Shown: positions 35,001-48,475 of the stretch, one piece after another
Position numbering within the stretch: the first letter of the stretch is position 1
How the letters are laid out: the number at the start of each line of letters is the position of its first letter
NCBI GenBank assembly: GCA_038087875.1
Contig: JAXLNO010004071.1
Coordinates: 62,001-126,000 of the forward strand
Reading direction: 5' to 3'
Length of the DNA: 64,000 bases
From: Malacoraja senta
Lineage: Eukaryota
Position numbers and translations under genes: made by a program
The notes under the pieces: generated by a model
What the model was told of the DNA's origin: nothing
The model's database searches: none
Seen by the model: only the letters and a program-made list of their open reading frames with translations

Positions 35001-36419
35001 CAACAAAAAAATATAACTGCCTGACAAACAGCGATCGTAGTAGTTTGATTCCAGGTATGCTGCACTAACCCACACAAATGTTCACTTTTGAAGATTCCCT
35101 CGAACAATGCACAAATAAGGAATCTGATGTTTCACTCTGAAGACTGTTGACATACTCCAGAACTTAATTTTCAACCTATCTATGTATCATCAGCAATCTA
35201 GGCTACAGCACCACCAGGCCCTTCATCTGCTCTTAATACTAACGATAAGTAGTTCACTTTCTTGCATTGATTCCCATCCTGCAGTTGCAGTTTCCCAACT
35301 TAAACACTCCTTTAAGACTCTGCTTGCTCTTAATTGTTTTTCCATTCATGCTAATTATTACCCCCAATGTCATAAGCCATTTGCCTTTGCATCACTTGAT
35401 CAGATATCTTATGAAAATCCAGATATTCTGGCGACATCTGGTGGTCAGGCCACTTATTGCTAGAACCCTCGTCAGGGGAGCAGGGACTATCATGTGACAG
35501 GGTTTTGGTGGGAGTTGGTGATGAGTTAATCGCCAGTCAACTGGTGCGCCCGATTATAACGGTGGGAACTTTGCTCAAGTCCTTACTAAACGCGAGTGGG
35601 CCAAAACTGTATTTCTTAAAAAAACATTGATTTGTTCACGACGCTTGGATCTCTACAATATATTGTATTTCTTTTGTTTCTCATTCCAATTTTGTTACCT
35701 ATTCTGCTTTTCCATCATTTTGTTTTTAAATTTTAGGCTGTGCACACCTGCAAACTACTGCTGCTCAAATATACATTGTCTACGGGTTCCTGTTGCATTT
35801 TCAAAGAATTCTAATCAATTTCTCAAACAAAGTTTGAAGAAGGGTCCGTAAACGAAATGTCACCTGTCCATGTGTAGGGAGAAATTGCAAATGCTGGTAT
35901 ACACCGAAGATGGACACAAATTGCTGGAATAACTCAGCTGGTCAGGCAGCATTTCTGGAGAAAAGGAATAGGTGATGTTTCGGGTCACGATCCTTCTGAC
36001 TGAGTCCATGTTCGCCAGAGATGTTGCCTATTCCGCTCAGTAACTCCAGCATTTTGTGTCTATCATGTATATTCTTTCCACTGACTGGTTAGCATGAAAC
36101 AAAAGCTTTTCACTGCACCTCAGTACTCGTGACAATAAACTAAACTAAAGCTTTTGTATAAATCAGTATCTGCATCTCTTTCTTTCTACAATTTTCCTGT
36201 TAATGCACTTTATTGTTTTGTTATTACTTAAATGTTCTGCCATTACTGAAAGGAATCCAACATTTTCCCCAAAACAGATGATAGTTTATATAGGGTTAAA
36301 GCTTTCTGCTTTCAATTCACCTTCTTTCTTGAATTAAGTTGTGGCTGTGATGGTGCCATAGATCATAGAGTTGTACAGAACATATATTGTCCCTTTGCCA
36401 TGTTGCAGAACTCCATGAT
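32046..36419. repeat. 2184-bp direct tandem duplication (32046-34229 / 34230-36413)
   Basis: Identical ORF translations offset by exactly 2184 bp (32268/34452, 32998/35182, 33083/35267, 33443/35627). CATGAT occurs at all three boundaries. Confidence 0.97.
32050..32780 (+). mobile_element. Rex1/Babar-like LINE 3' fragment (duplicated at about 34234-34964)
   Basis: Decayed coding sequence resembling LYFLRRLR...IYRCC.E....GCIT..FGN...LLPSG.RYR, typical of the Rex1 RT C-terminus. Confidence 0.65.
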
Positions 36420-36632
36420 TCAAAACAACATATTTATATATGTTGAAAAGTGCCAAAGATAGACACAAAATGCTGGAGTAACTCAGTGGTCAGGTAGCAT
36501 CTCTTGAGAAAAGAAATAGGAGGCATTTCGGGTCGAGACCCTTCTTCACCCTGAAGTCTTCAGACAGTGCCAATCTATTTAGCTGCACAGCTTAACAAAT
36601 GATATGTAAAATTATGCATTCTTATTTTTCAG

Positions 36633-36740
36633 AAGGAAATGGGAAGAAAGACAGGCACATAGGCCTTATTGCCGTGTGTGTGCTGATATTGCTGGCTATT
36701 GTCTTGGCAGTAATTGTTTGGTGGAGAAAAAAGAGGAGAG
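36633..36740 (+). CDS. MHC class I-like heavy chain, connecting peptide/transmembrane exon
   Basis: TTTTTCAG acceptor and GTAAGA donor; 108 nt, phase 1-1. Encodes EGNGKKDRHIGLIAVCVLILLAIVLAVIVWWRKKRR, a hydrophobic span followed by a basic stop-transfer signal. Confidence 0.9.
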
Positions 36741-37380
36741 GTAAGATGGAAAAATTGTGATGAACTGTTGCTAGTAAAGGTATTGGGCTTGAAGAAATGA
36801 TCGATCTCAAGTAGGATAAGGCAGCAGCTACACTTCAAATGCTTCGACAGTCACCACTGTCAACTAGCCTTTGTGCTGTTGTTAAATGTTTCTGATGATC
36901 AGATATTTGAAAATTGTGAATTCAGTGTAAAAAAAAAAGTTAAACATTATGGATTCACTGCACCAAATCCTAGAGATATCATTGAGTCATTAAAAAGTAC
37001 AGCATGGAAGCAGTCCTTTCGGCCCACCGTGTCCATGCCAACCACCAACCACCTGTTCTCATGAATTCTATCTCATTGCACCTTCTCATCCAGTCACCCA
37101 CCCACTAGGGGCAATTTACAGTGGCCAATTAAACTATAAACTGATACATCTTAGGATGTGTGAGGAAACCGGAGCCCCTGGAGGGATCCAATGCGGTTAC
37201 ACGGAGAACGTGCAAACTCCACATAGATGGCACTCAAGGTCAAAATTGAACCCGGGTCTGTGTCGCAGTGAGGCAGCAGCTCTACCAGTTGTGACACTGT
37301 GCTGCTCTGTTGGGGGCTCGCACTGTTCATGATCCAAGTCAGTTACGAGGCAGATTGGTTGCAGTTTAACATTTACTAGT

Positions 37381-37677
37381 TTTGTTTAGTTTAATTTAGA
37401 GATACAGTGACGAAACAGGCCCTTCGGCCCATCGAGTCTGCGCTGACCAGTGATCCCCGCACATTAACACTATCCTACACACACACACACACCATGCCAA
37501 TTAACCTACATACCTGTACGTCTTTGGAGTGTGGGAGGAAACCTTAGATCTCGGAGAAAACACACGCGGTCATGGGGAGAACGTACAAACTCTGTACAGA
37601 CAGCATCAGTAGTCGGGATCGAACCCGGGTCTCCGGTGCTGCAAGCGCTGTAAGGCAGCAACTCTACTGCTGCACAC
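37381..37677 (-). mobile_element. tRNA-derived SINE copy (further copies at about 36993-37307, 37865-38095, 38562-38790)
   Basis: HE1-like head, core and tail. Confidence 0.8.
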
Positions 37678-40067
37678 AGTAGCTGCCACCAAGGCCGCTG
37701 TTGCTGGAAGACTCTATGTTTCTATGACTCAAAATTAAGTGGGATTGTGAGTAGTGGGAGAAATGGTTCAAAGTGGAAAGTCGAATGAATGAGCAACAAC
37801 ATGACAGGTGGACTACAATGTGAAACAGGGCAGCACTGAGTCAGAGACCTTAATTAAATACCGACATCTGTGGAGTTTGCATGTAGTTCCTGTGACCATG
37901 TGCGTTTCCCCAGGTGCTCTGGTTTCCTCCCACATCCCCAAAACATGGTTTGGAGGTTAGTTGTCCCTGGATTGTGCATGATACAATGTGGGGAGAGCTG
38001 ATGAGAATGTAGGACAAATGTAGGATTAGTGTACATGAATGGTTGGTGCAGGTCAGTGGGACAAAGGCCATGTTTATATATTTCCATGACTCTTTATGAT
38101 GTAGATGCTGACTATTTTTTAATTATAAGATTGGAAAAGACTGTGAGGGATGGTGCTAGAGTAACTCAGCAGGTCAGGCAACATATAGGTGACATTCTGG
38201 TTCGAGACTCTTCAGGCAAATTACAATGGGTATTCCTCCGCTTAAGTCTGAAAGTAGTGCACAGATGCACCTCGACCACTGACGTGCTCAACAAGTGCCC
38301 CAATGAGTTGAATTAAAGTATGTTTGGAGTAACATGCAGCAGTCCTTAAAATCTACAATTTCCTAAATCCCAAGAGAGCTGGATGATCAGGGTTTTAGTG
38401 TAAATTCAGTCATCTATATCACTGGTTTCTTGCCTGTGATCACACTGTTGTAAGATATATTCTGGTGATGAATTGCAGTTCACTTTCCTCCTGTGTAAAG
38501 GAGTTATTGTGTTGAATATAACAAGTGGAAGGGAAAGTCAGTGTAGGATTTAGAGTTTGTATGTAATGCAGCATGGTAGTGCAGCTGGTAGAACTGCCTC
38601 ACAACGCCTGAGACCCAGGTTCAATCTGGACCTCGGGCACTGTCTACGTGGAGTTTGCACAGGTGTGCAGGTAATCATCCTCGGTAAGTCACCCTGACAG
38701 TGTAGGGGGTGGATGGGAAATCTATTATGAATGGGTGATTGCTGGTTAGTATGGATTTGGCGGCACAAATGGCCTGTTTACACACTGTATCACTGTTTTC
38801 AAGAGAGAGTTAGATTTAGCTCTTAGGGCTAAACGAATCAAGGGATATGGGGGAAAAGCCAGATCGGAGTACTAATTTTAGATGATCAGCCATGATTATA
38901 TTGAATGGCGGTGCTGGCTCAAAGGGCCGAATAGCCTATTCCTGCACCTATTTTTTTATGTTTCTATCTTTCTATTAAATAAACTATATTGGAAGACAGA
39001 AGGTATTGACTGATGCATCTTCACGCCAGCTGTAAATGTCATAAACTGAGAATTGATTGCAAATGTTATACAATATTATAAACTAAACTGGGTGATCAAA
39101 ATGTCAAGATGGATGAAGAGCAGAGTTTTCATTGAAATAACAGACGTGCTGCTTTCTCGAGCACTTGGCCTTGGTTGTGTAATATTTCCTCTTCAAAATA
39201 CAATGTTCCCTGGCATTGCTGGTCTGAGACACCATTCAGCAAGTATATTTCCTGAAACGGAGGTTCTGCTTTCATGATATCAAGATGCCTAACAGCTCCA
39301 GCACCCAGATCAGAACCAAGTCATTTCTCACCTTGCCAAAACTAAGAATGCAGCAACAATTTAGTTATTGAACATCAACGACATGCATATTTGAACTGAG
39401 GCAATGGTTAGCTTATTATCACTGTAAACCAGTCATGGTCATGGGTCTGCCATTGTGGTCACTATTAGTGAGGGTGATTAACTGTCATTTAGCAGTGAAA
39501 CGGAAAAGAATTGGCTTTTCAAGCCCACGGAGCCATAGAGTCATACGGCATGGAAATGGGCCCATTGCCTCAACTTGGCCATGTCAACCAAGATGCCATG
39601 TTTGAACTACTACTTTCCTGCAATTGACCCATATCTCACTGAACCTTTCCTATCTACAGTATGTACCTGTCCAAGTGTGTTCTAAAATGTTTTTTAATAC
39701 CTGCCTCAACTCCTTCCCCTGGAATGTTCTTCCATATTTCCACTTCCTCTGGTTCCAAGTAACTCGTTTCCTTCTCACCTTAAACCTAAGTCCTCTGGTT
39801 CTTGATTACATAAGGCTGGTTAAAAGATTCTGTGCATTCAATCTAACTATGCTCCTTGATTTTATAAATTTCTATAAGATCACCCCTCAGCCTCTTGCGT
39901 GCCAAGGACTAAAGTCCAAGCATTCTCATCCTCTCCCTGAATCACAGGCCCTGTTAATGACATCCTTCCGATAGTGGAGTGACCAAAACTTAACACAATA
40001 CTCCAAATGTGACCTCACCAACATCTTGTACAACTGTAGCAGAACATCCCAACTTTTTTATTCAGTA

Positions 40068-43000
40068 CCTTTCTTTTAAAATCTTTTTATTGTTTTTTTT
40101 CCAAAAAACAAAAACAAAAATAAAACATAAAAAACAGAGCAAAAAGAATAATGATAAACATAACAATGGTATTGATACATAGGGATCAGGATTACATTAA
40201 TAACAGGTATAAACTAATATGAGACCAGTGTCAAAATACCCAATGAATATAGACCTCTCCGTCTCTATGTAAATATAGTTAAATCTTTAAAAGGAAACAT
40301 AAATGTAAAAAAAAAGCAAAGATAAAAAGACAAAAAGAAAAACAAAAAACAAAACCCCCCTAAACTAAAAAAAAATTAAAAAAATTGGATAATAATAAAA
40401 TAAGAATAAAAATAAAATAAATAAATAAAAACAAAACAGAGCAAACCCGAATCTGAACTGAGAAATTCAACAATTTAAGTCTGTTTGTCGTCAAGTCCGT
40501 TCCACTCTATGAAGGTAAAATAATTTTTATAACGGTTAAAGAGGGAACAATTTATGTTGTATGAAAGTGTTCAATAAATTTTCCCCAAGTCTTATCAAAT
40601 TTAACCAAGGGTTCAACAATGTCACCTGATTTTTTCTAAATTTAAACATGATATCGTTTCAGAATACCACTGGAGTGTGGTCGGAGGGTTGGAATCTTTC
40701 CATTTAATGAAAATAAATCTTCTGGCAATTAATGTGGTAAAAGCAATCAACCGATGGGTGGAGTGGGACAAATGAATAGAATCTAACATTGGTAACCCAA
40801 AAATTGCAGTAATAGGATGAGGTTGTAAATCTATACCTAAGACTACCGAAATAGTATCAAAAATTTATTTCCAATATTTTTCCAAAAGAGGGCAGGACCA
40901 AAACATATGGGTCAGTGATGCCACTTCAGAGTTACATCTGTCACAGGTAGGATTTATATGACCATAAAAACGAGCTAACTTATCTTTTGACATATGAGCT
41001 CTGTGGACCACCTTGAATTGTATCAAAGCGTGTCTTGCACACATTGAAGAGGTATTAACTAATTGAAGGATCCTCTCCCATTTCTCTATAGATAAAGACA
41101 TTTGGAGTTCTCTTTCCCAGTCATTCTTAATTTTATCAAATGTATCTATTTGTAATTTTAAAATCAACTCATGAATAATCGTTATTAATCCTTTCTGATA
41201 AGGGTTCAACTGTAAAAAAAAATCCAAAATTTCGGGTTGATGTGGTAGCGGAAAAAGAGGTAGTTCCTTTTGTCTAATTTGTAAATATCTAAAAAAGTGT
41301 GAATTAGGTAAGTTATATTTATTGGAGAGTTGTTCGAAAGACATAAAACAACCCTCCAAAAACAAATCACGAAAAGCTACTAATCCCTTCCTCTTCCATA
41401 ACAAAAAAACTTGATCAGTACTAGATGGTTGGAAGAGAAATTTGGATAACATCAGATAGTCCAAAAAACTTATGAAATTGAAACCGTATTCGGAACGTAT
41501 GTCTTATTATTGGGTTCATCATATATTTATTCAATCTCGTAATTGTAAAAGGTAACGAGGTCCCTAGAATAGAAGCCAATTATAGCCCTTGTAAGGAATC
41601 ACGTTCTAGGTTTATCCATCCAGGGCATTGGGTATCTTCTAAATCTTTTGTCCAAAATGTTAAATAACGAACATTGACTGACCAATAGTATAGTCTACGG
41701 TTCGGCAATGCCAAACCACCAACTTTTTTTGATTTCTGTAGGTATTTTTTACCTAGTCTGGCATTTTTATTCTGCCATATATATGAAGAAATTTTAGATC
41801 TATAATATCAAAGAAAGATTTGGCAATAAAAATTGGTATCGTCTGAAATAAATACAGAAATTTAGGTAAAATGAACATTTTAATAGTATTGATTCGGCCA
41901 ATTAAGGATAAGGACATTGGTGACCATTTAGTGAACTGATGTTTAATATGGTCAATTAAAGGAATAAAATTAGCTTTAAATAAATCCTTGTGTTTATTGG
42001 TGATCTTAATACCTAAATAAGTAAAACTTTCGGTAGTCAATCTAAATGGAAACTGTCCATAACTCGAAACAAAATTATATAATGGGAAAGCTCACTCTTA
42101 CTAAGATTTAGTTTATAACCAGAAAAACTACTGAATTGATTAAGTAATGCTACTATTGCCGGAATAGATTTCTCAGGGTTAGAAATAAATAATAACAGAT
42201 CATCTGCATAAAGAGATAGCTTATGTGTCTTATTCCCGCGGACAATACCAAAAATATTAGGGGATTCCCTAATAGCAGTGGCTAAGGTTTCCAAAGCAAT
42301 ATCAAATAGTAAAGGACTTAAGGGACAGCCCTGTCTCGTACCTTGAAAGAGCCTGAAAAAGGGGGATCTCTGATTATCAGTAAATACAGAAGCCTGAGGT
42401 ATAAGATATAGCAGTTTGATCCAAGAGATAAATTTTGGACCAATCTTAACTTTTTCAAGTATATTGAATAAGTATTCCATTCTACTCTATCAATAGCCTT
42501 CTCGGCATCAAGTGAGATGACACATTCTGGGGTTTTATTAGACGCTGTATATACAATATTTATTAATCTCCTAACATTAAAGAATGAGTAACGATTTTTA
42601 ATAACACCTGTCTGATCTTCAGAGATAATTTGCAGTAAAATCTTTTCCAATCTCATAGCTAATATTTTGGAAAGAATTTTAAAATCTACTTTTAACAGTG
42701 ATATAGGTCTATATGATGTCACTTCAGTAGGGGCTTTATCTTTTTTTTTAATTAAAGAAATAGAAGCTTCATAAAAAGATTGTGGTAATCTATTCCTTAA
42801 AAAGGCTTCTTTAAATACCTTGCATAGCCATGGAGACAATAAATTTGAGAAATGCTTTAAAAATTCTACTGTAAACCCATCTAAACCGGGAGCTTTACCA
42901 GAATTCATTGAAAAAATTGCTTTCTGTATTTCTTCTTCCGTGATGGGTTCATCTAACAACAGAGACTCATTGTATGGTAAATTTGGTAAGTTCAGTTTCT

Positions 43001-46000
43001 TTAAAAACTCATGCATTATATTGGAATCAGTAAGAAAATCTGATTGGTATAGGGAGGTATAAAATTCCTGAAAGGATTTATTAATTTCGTCATGGTCTAC
43101 AGTTACTGTACCATCCCGTTTACACACTTTAGTAATCTGACGCTTGGCCAACACTGCTTCAATTGATTAGCAAGTAATTTACCAGATTTTTCGCCATTTA
43201 TATAAAATTGACTTTTGGTTTTAAGTAACTGGTTCTCAATCGGTGATACTAATAACAAATCATATCTCAATTGAAGTTCAACTCTATTCTTATAGAGCTC
43301 TAAACTAGGAGCTTTTGAATATTTTGTATCAATTTCTTTAATCTCGTCAGCCAATGTGCGTATTTCTTTTTGTGTTTGTTTTTTTAATCCCGCGGAGTAT
43401 GAAATAATTTGTCCACGAATATATGCCTTAAAAGCATCCCAAACTATACCATTGGATATCTCTTCATTAGAGTTTGTCAAGAAGTAAAAAGCAATCTGAT
43501 CTTTCATAAACTTAATAAAGTTTAAGTCTTGAAGCAAAGTAGCATTAAATCGCCATTGTTTAGCACTAAACTTGGAATCAGGTAGTTTGATCAATAGTTT
43601 CACTGGTGCATGATCAGAAATAGCAATTGCATCATACTCACATGCAATGACCGATGGAACTAGCTGAGAATCTAGTATAAAATAGTCGATTCTAGAATAA
43701 CTATGATATACATGAGAGAAAAATGAAAATTCTTTGTCATTTGCGTGTAAGAATCTCCAAATTTCTAACATTCCCGAGTCAAGTAAAAAAGAATTAATAA
43801 AATTAGCTGATTTATTTGGAAGCACATGATCAGATGTAGACCTATCAATCGAGGGATTCAAACAACAATTGAAGTCTCCACCCATTATTAAAAAGTGTTC
43901 ATTTAAATTAGGAAAGGATGCAATTAACTGTTTAAAAAACTCAGGGTGATCAATATTTGGTGCATAGACATTCACCATATGACATTTTGCCTATAAAGGA
44001 CACTGGTAATCACCAAGAATCTGCCATATGGATCAGAAATTGTTTCATGGTGAACAAACGGAATTGAGGAGTCAATAAAAATAGAGACTCCTTTCACCTT
44101 AGCCTGTGAATTTGAATGAAACTGCTGTCCTCTCCAAAACTTGAAAAATCGTGACTTGTCATCTTGCCTTACATGAGTTTCCTGAACAAAGATAATCTGA
44201 GCAATTAGTCCGTGAAGAACTTTAAAAATGTCCTCTTAATGGGATGGTTCAAGCCATTCACATTCCATGAAAGGAAATGAGTAACTTTATCCATATTGCT
44301 TGTAAAAAATCATGTGGGATGTAATGGGTTAATTTCTTGAAGCCTAAAAGTTCATAATACTGGAAGAAGAAAAATCTAGGGCGGAGCCAGAAGTGACGAT
44401 ATTTCAGCCAATTTTGTAGTTCAGAATTTGCACAAATGGAGATCACAAAATAGGGAACAAAAGACCCCTCCCCCCTCCCCCCTCCCAGCCCTGTAGAACC
44501 CCAAACTGACCAAAAGACAGTCAGCAAACTACCTAATCCCCTCCCCAATCCCATCTCTCCCAGTAACAGCGCTCAGCATAAAATGAATAATATTTAACCA
44601 CTACGTCATAACACATTTGTTATTATCTCTTTGAGAGAGAAGGAAAAAAAATACAGACTGGCATGGAATGCTGCTTTTTATTATCCAAGGTCAAAATATG
44701 AAAAACAAGAACTGCGTTCTCTTAGTTTGTCTAACGACAGGGGAACACGAATTAACAAAGAAATTCTTAAAAGAATATATATAAAAGAAAAACAACTCGT
44801 CCAGTTAAATTCTTAATCATTACCAAACGAAATGTTGTCAAAATAGGAACAGTAAATCTCCAATTATAACTTAATCAGCTATCAATTACTCCCCTTCCTC
44901 GTCGTAGCTCTTCAGACGCAGCTTGAGGACTGTTAAAAAATCGAAAGTTACCATTGAAAAGCCGAATACGCAATCTAGCTGGAAATAATAGAGCTGGGCG
45001 CAGTTTTTTCTTATACAAATCAGACATTACATTATAAAAAGTCTTTCTTATTTCCAAAAGCTCGTAACTATAATCAGGTACAACCCGAAACTTATATCCT
45101 TCATATTCAACCACACCCAACATTTTTGTTGCCTGGAGAATATTCATCTTCATTTGAAAAAAATGAAACCGAATGATCAAGTGTCTCGGTTTATTACCGG
45201 ATTTCTTCCCAATCCTGTGTGCCTTATCCATGAACGGAAGGTTTTCATTGTGCTCAATGTTGAATGTTTCCTTTATCATTTTAGAAGCATATTTTATAAC
45301 GTTATTTCCTTCTTGGCCTTCCGGCAAACCAACAATTCGTAAATTCAAATGACGGCTTCTGTTTTCTAAGTCCATATTTTTAGACTTGTATTGCTGAAGT
45401 GTTTTCATTCATTCTCCGTTCCAATTTTTCAATCTTCAAATCTCTCTCCTGTCCGAGGGTGCGCAAGATATCAATTTGATCCTTTTGTTCACGAAGTTCA
45501 TCTTGTAACAAAGAGTTTTCCTTGGACTTCCTTCAAAGTAGTGGAGTTGGGGATGGCATCAAACAGGAAATTAGAAATGCGTGCAACAAAGGTAAAACAG
45601 TTATAATGGGTGACTTCAATCTACATATAGATTGGGTGAATCAAATTGGCAGGGGTGCTGAGGAAGAGGATTTCTTGGAATGTATGCGGGATAGTTTTCT
45701 AAACCAACATGTAGAGGAACCAACGAGAGAGCAGGCTATTCTAGATTGGGTATTGAGTAATGAGGAAGGGATAATTAGCAGTCTTGTTGTGCGTGGCCCC
45801 TTGGGCAAGAGTGACCATAATATGGTTGAGTTCTTCATTAGGATGGAGAGTGACATTGTTAATTCAGAAACAAAGGTCCTGAACTTAAAGAAAGGTAACT
45901 TTGAGGGTATGAGAAGTGAATTGGCCAAGATAGACTGGCAATTGATTATTAATGGGTTGACGGTAGATATGCAATGGAAGGCATTTAAAGACTGCATGGA

Positions 46001-48475
46001 TGAACTACAACAATTGTTCATCCCAGTTTGGCAAAAAAATAAATCAGGGAAGGTAGTGCATCCGTGGATAACAAGGGAAATCAGGGATAGTATCAAAACA
46101 AAAGATGAAGCGTACAAATTAGCCAGAAAAAGCAGCCTACCAGAGGACTGGGAGAAATTCAGAGTCCGGCAGAGGAGGACAAAGGGCTTAATTAGGAAAG
46201 CGAAAATAGATTATGAAAGAAAACTGGCAGGGAACATAAAAACTGACTGCAAAAGCTTTTATAGATATGTGAAGAGAAAAAGATTAGTTAAAACAAATGT
46301 AGGTCCCTTGCAGTCAGAAACAGGTGAATTGATCATGGGGAACAAGGACATGGCAGACCAATTGAATAACAACTTTGGTTCTGTCTTCAATAAGGAAGAC
46401 ATAAATAATCTGCCGGAAATAGCAGGGGACTGGGGGTCAAATGAGATGGAGGAACTGAGTGAAATCCAGGTTAGCCGGGAAGTGGTGTTAGGTAAATTGA
46501 ATGGATTAAAGGCCGATAAATCCCCAGGGCCAGATAGGCTGCATCCCAGAGTACTTAAGGAAGTAGCCCCAGAAATAGTGGATGCATTAGTGATAATTTT
46601 TCAAAACTCTTTAGATTCTGGAGTAGTTCCTGAGGATTGGAGGGTAGCTAATGTAACCCCACTTTTTAAATAGGGAGGGAGAGAGAAAACGGGGAATTAC
46701 AGACCAGTTAGTCTAACGTCGGTAGTGGGGAAACTGCTAGAATCAGTTATTAAAGATGGGATAGCAGCACATTTGGAAAGTGGTGAAATCATTGGACAAA
46801 GTCAGCATGGATTTATGAAAGGTAAATCATGTCTGACGAATCTTATAGAATTTTTCGATGATGTAACTAGTAGAGTGGATAAGGGAGAACGAGTGGATGT
46901 GTTATATCTGGACTTTCAGAAGGCTTTCGACAAGGTCCCACATAAGAGATTAGTATACAAACTTAAAGCACACGGTATTGGGGGTTCAGTATTGATGTGG
47001 ATAGAGAACTGGCTGGCATACAGGAAGCAAAGCGTAGGAGTAAACGGGTCCTTTACACAATGGCAGGCAGTGATTAGTGGGGTACCGCTATGGCTCAGTG
47101 CTGGGACCCCAGCTATTTACGATATATATTAATGATTTGGACGAGGGAATTGAATGCAACATCTCCAAGTTTGCGGATGACACATCGCTGGGGGGCAGTG
47201 TTAGCTGTGAGGAGGTTGCTCGGAGGCTGCAAGGTGACTTGGATAGGCTGGTTGAGTGGGAAAATGCATGGCAGATGCAGTATAATGTGAATAAATGTGA
47301 GGTTGTCCACTTTGGCGGCAAAAACAGGAAAGTAGACTATTATCAGAATGGTGGCTGATTAGGAAAAGGGGAGATGCAACGAGACCTGGGTATCATGGTA
47401 CACCAGTCATTAAAAGTAGGCATACAGGTGCAGCAGGCAGTGAAGAAGGCGAATGGTATGTTAGCATTCATAGCAAAAGGATTTGAGTATAGGAGCAGGG
47501 AGGTTCTACTGCAGTTGTACCGGGTCTTGGTGAGACCACACCTGGAGTATTGCGTACAGTTTTGGTCTCCTAATCTGAGGAAATACATTCTTGCCATAGA
47601 GGGAGTACAGAGAAGGTTCACCAGACTGATTCCTGGGATGTCAGGACTTTCATATGAAGAAAGACTGGATAGACTCGGTTTGTACTCGCTAGAATTTAGA
47701 AGATTGAGGGGGGATCTTATAGAAACGTACAAAATTCTTAAGGGGTTGGACAGGCTAGATGCAGGAAGATTGTTCCCAATGTTGGGGAAGTCCAGGACAA
47801 GGGGTCACAGTTTAAGGATTAAGGGGAAATCCTTTAGGACCGAGATGAGAATTTTTTTTTCACACAGAGAGTGGTGAATCTCTGGAACTCTCTGCCACAG
47901 AAGGTAGTTGAGGCCAGTTCATTGGCTATATTTAAGCGGGAGTTAGATGTGGCCCTTGTGGCTAAAGGGATCAGGCGGTATGGAGAGAAGGCAGGTACAG
48001 GATACTGAGTTGGATGATCAGCCATGATCATATTGAATGGCGGTGCAGGCTCGAAGGGCCGAATAGCCTACTCCTGCACCTATTTTCTATGTTTCTATGT
48101 TTCTAATTTGGTCGAAACTCCTTTCACCATTTCTTCCAAACTGCCAAATCTTGTTTTCATTTCATTTTTCAGCTCATTTTTCAATTCATCGTTCATTTTC
48201 GATATTGCTTCTATGATGCTGGAATCAGAAGCTGCAGCTGTGGTTGTGGCTTTTCCCCAGTTCCTTCTTTGGGGATCCTCCTTTCCTTCTTGTCTCCATC
48301 CTTTTCACGATTAAGGCGTGTAAAAGTGTTATCAACACTTTATGAACAGTTAGACGGTGTCTTGAAGTCAAATAGTCACCAGTAACATTGAAAGAGTGGT
48401 CAGTGGAAGTTAAAAGTTAAGGGAGCAAACGAGTTTGCAACCTTACAGCATGCTGCTGCTAGGAGAGTCTAGTTA
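40068..48475 (-). mobile_element. Near full-length degenerate L1-clade LINE (5'UTR, ORF1, spacer, ORF2 EN-RT, A-rich tail) interrupted by a CR1
   Basis: ORF1 pieces 48299-48105 and 45535-44875 (DLENRSR..NLRIVGLPE). ORF2 starts near 44294 (SWNVNGL), with GGDFN, SRIDY, SDHAP, APGLDG, YRPISLL, SLDAEKA, GTRQGCPLSP and LYADD. Confidence 0.93.
45536..48105 (+). mobile_element. 5'-truncated CR1 ORF2 (EN C-terminal part plus RT) with 3'UTR, inserted in L1 ORF1
   Basis: IMGDFN, AILDWVL, SDHNMV, KSPGPD, YLDFQKAFD and KFADD motifs, with stops and frameshifts and a (TTCTATG)n tail. Confidence 0.95.

Noticed and set aside
36873-37064. Cytoplasmic exon (KVKHYGFTAPNPRD)
   Set aside because: The available acceptors give phase 0 or 2, or an immediate stop, which is incompatible with the phase-1 donor at 36740.
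39296-39346. Terminal cytoplasmic exon APAPRSEPSHFSPCQN*
   Set aside because: It is in the right phase but the acceptor is weak and there is no other support, so it is too speculative to annotate.
45522-46673. 383-aa host gene
   Set aside because: It is CR1 ORF2 endonuclease/tether region, continuous with the downstream RT and CR1 tail.
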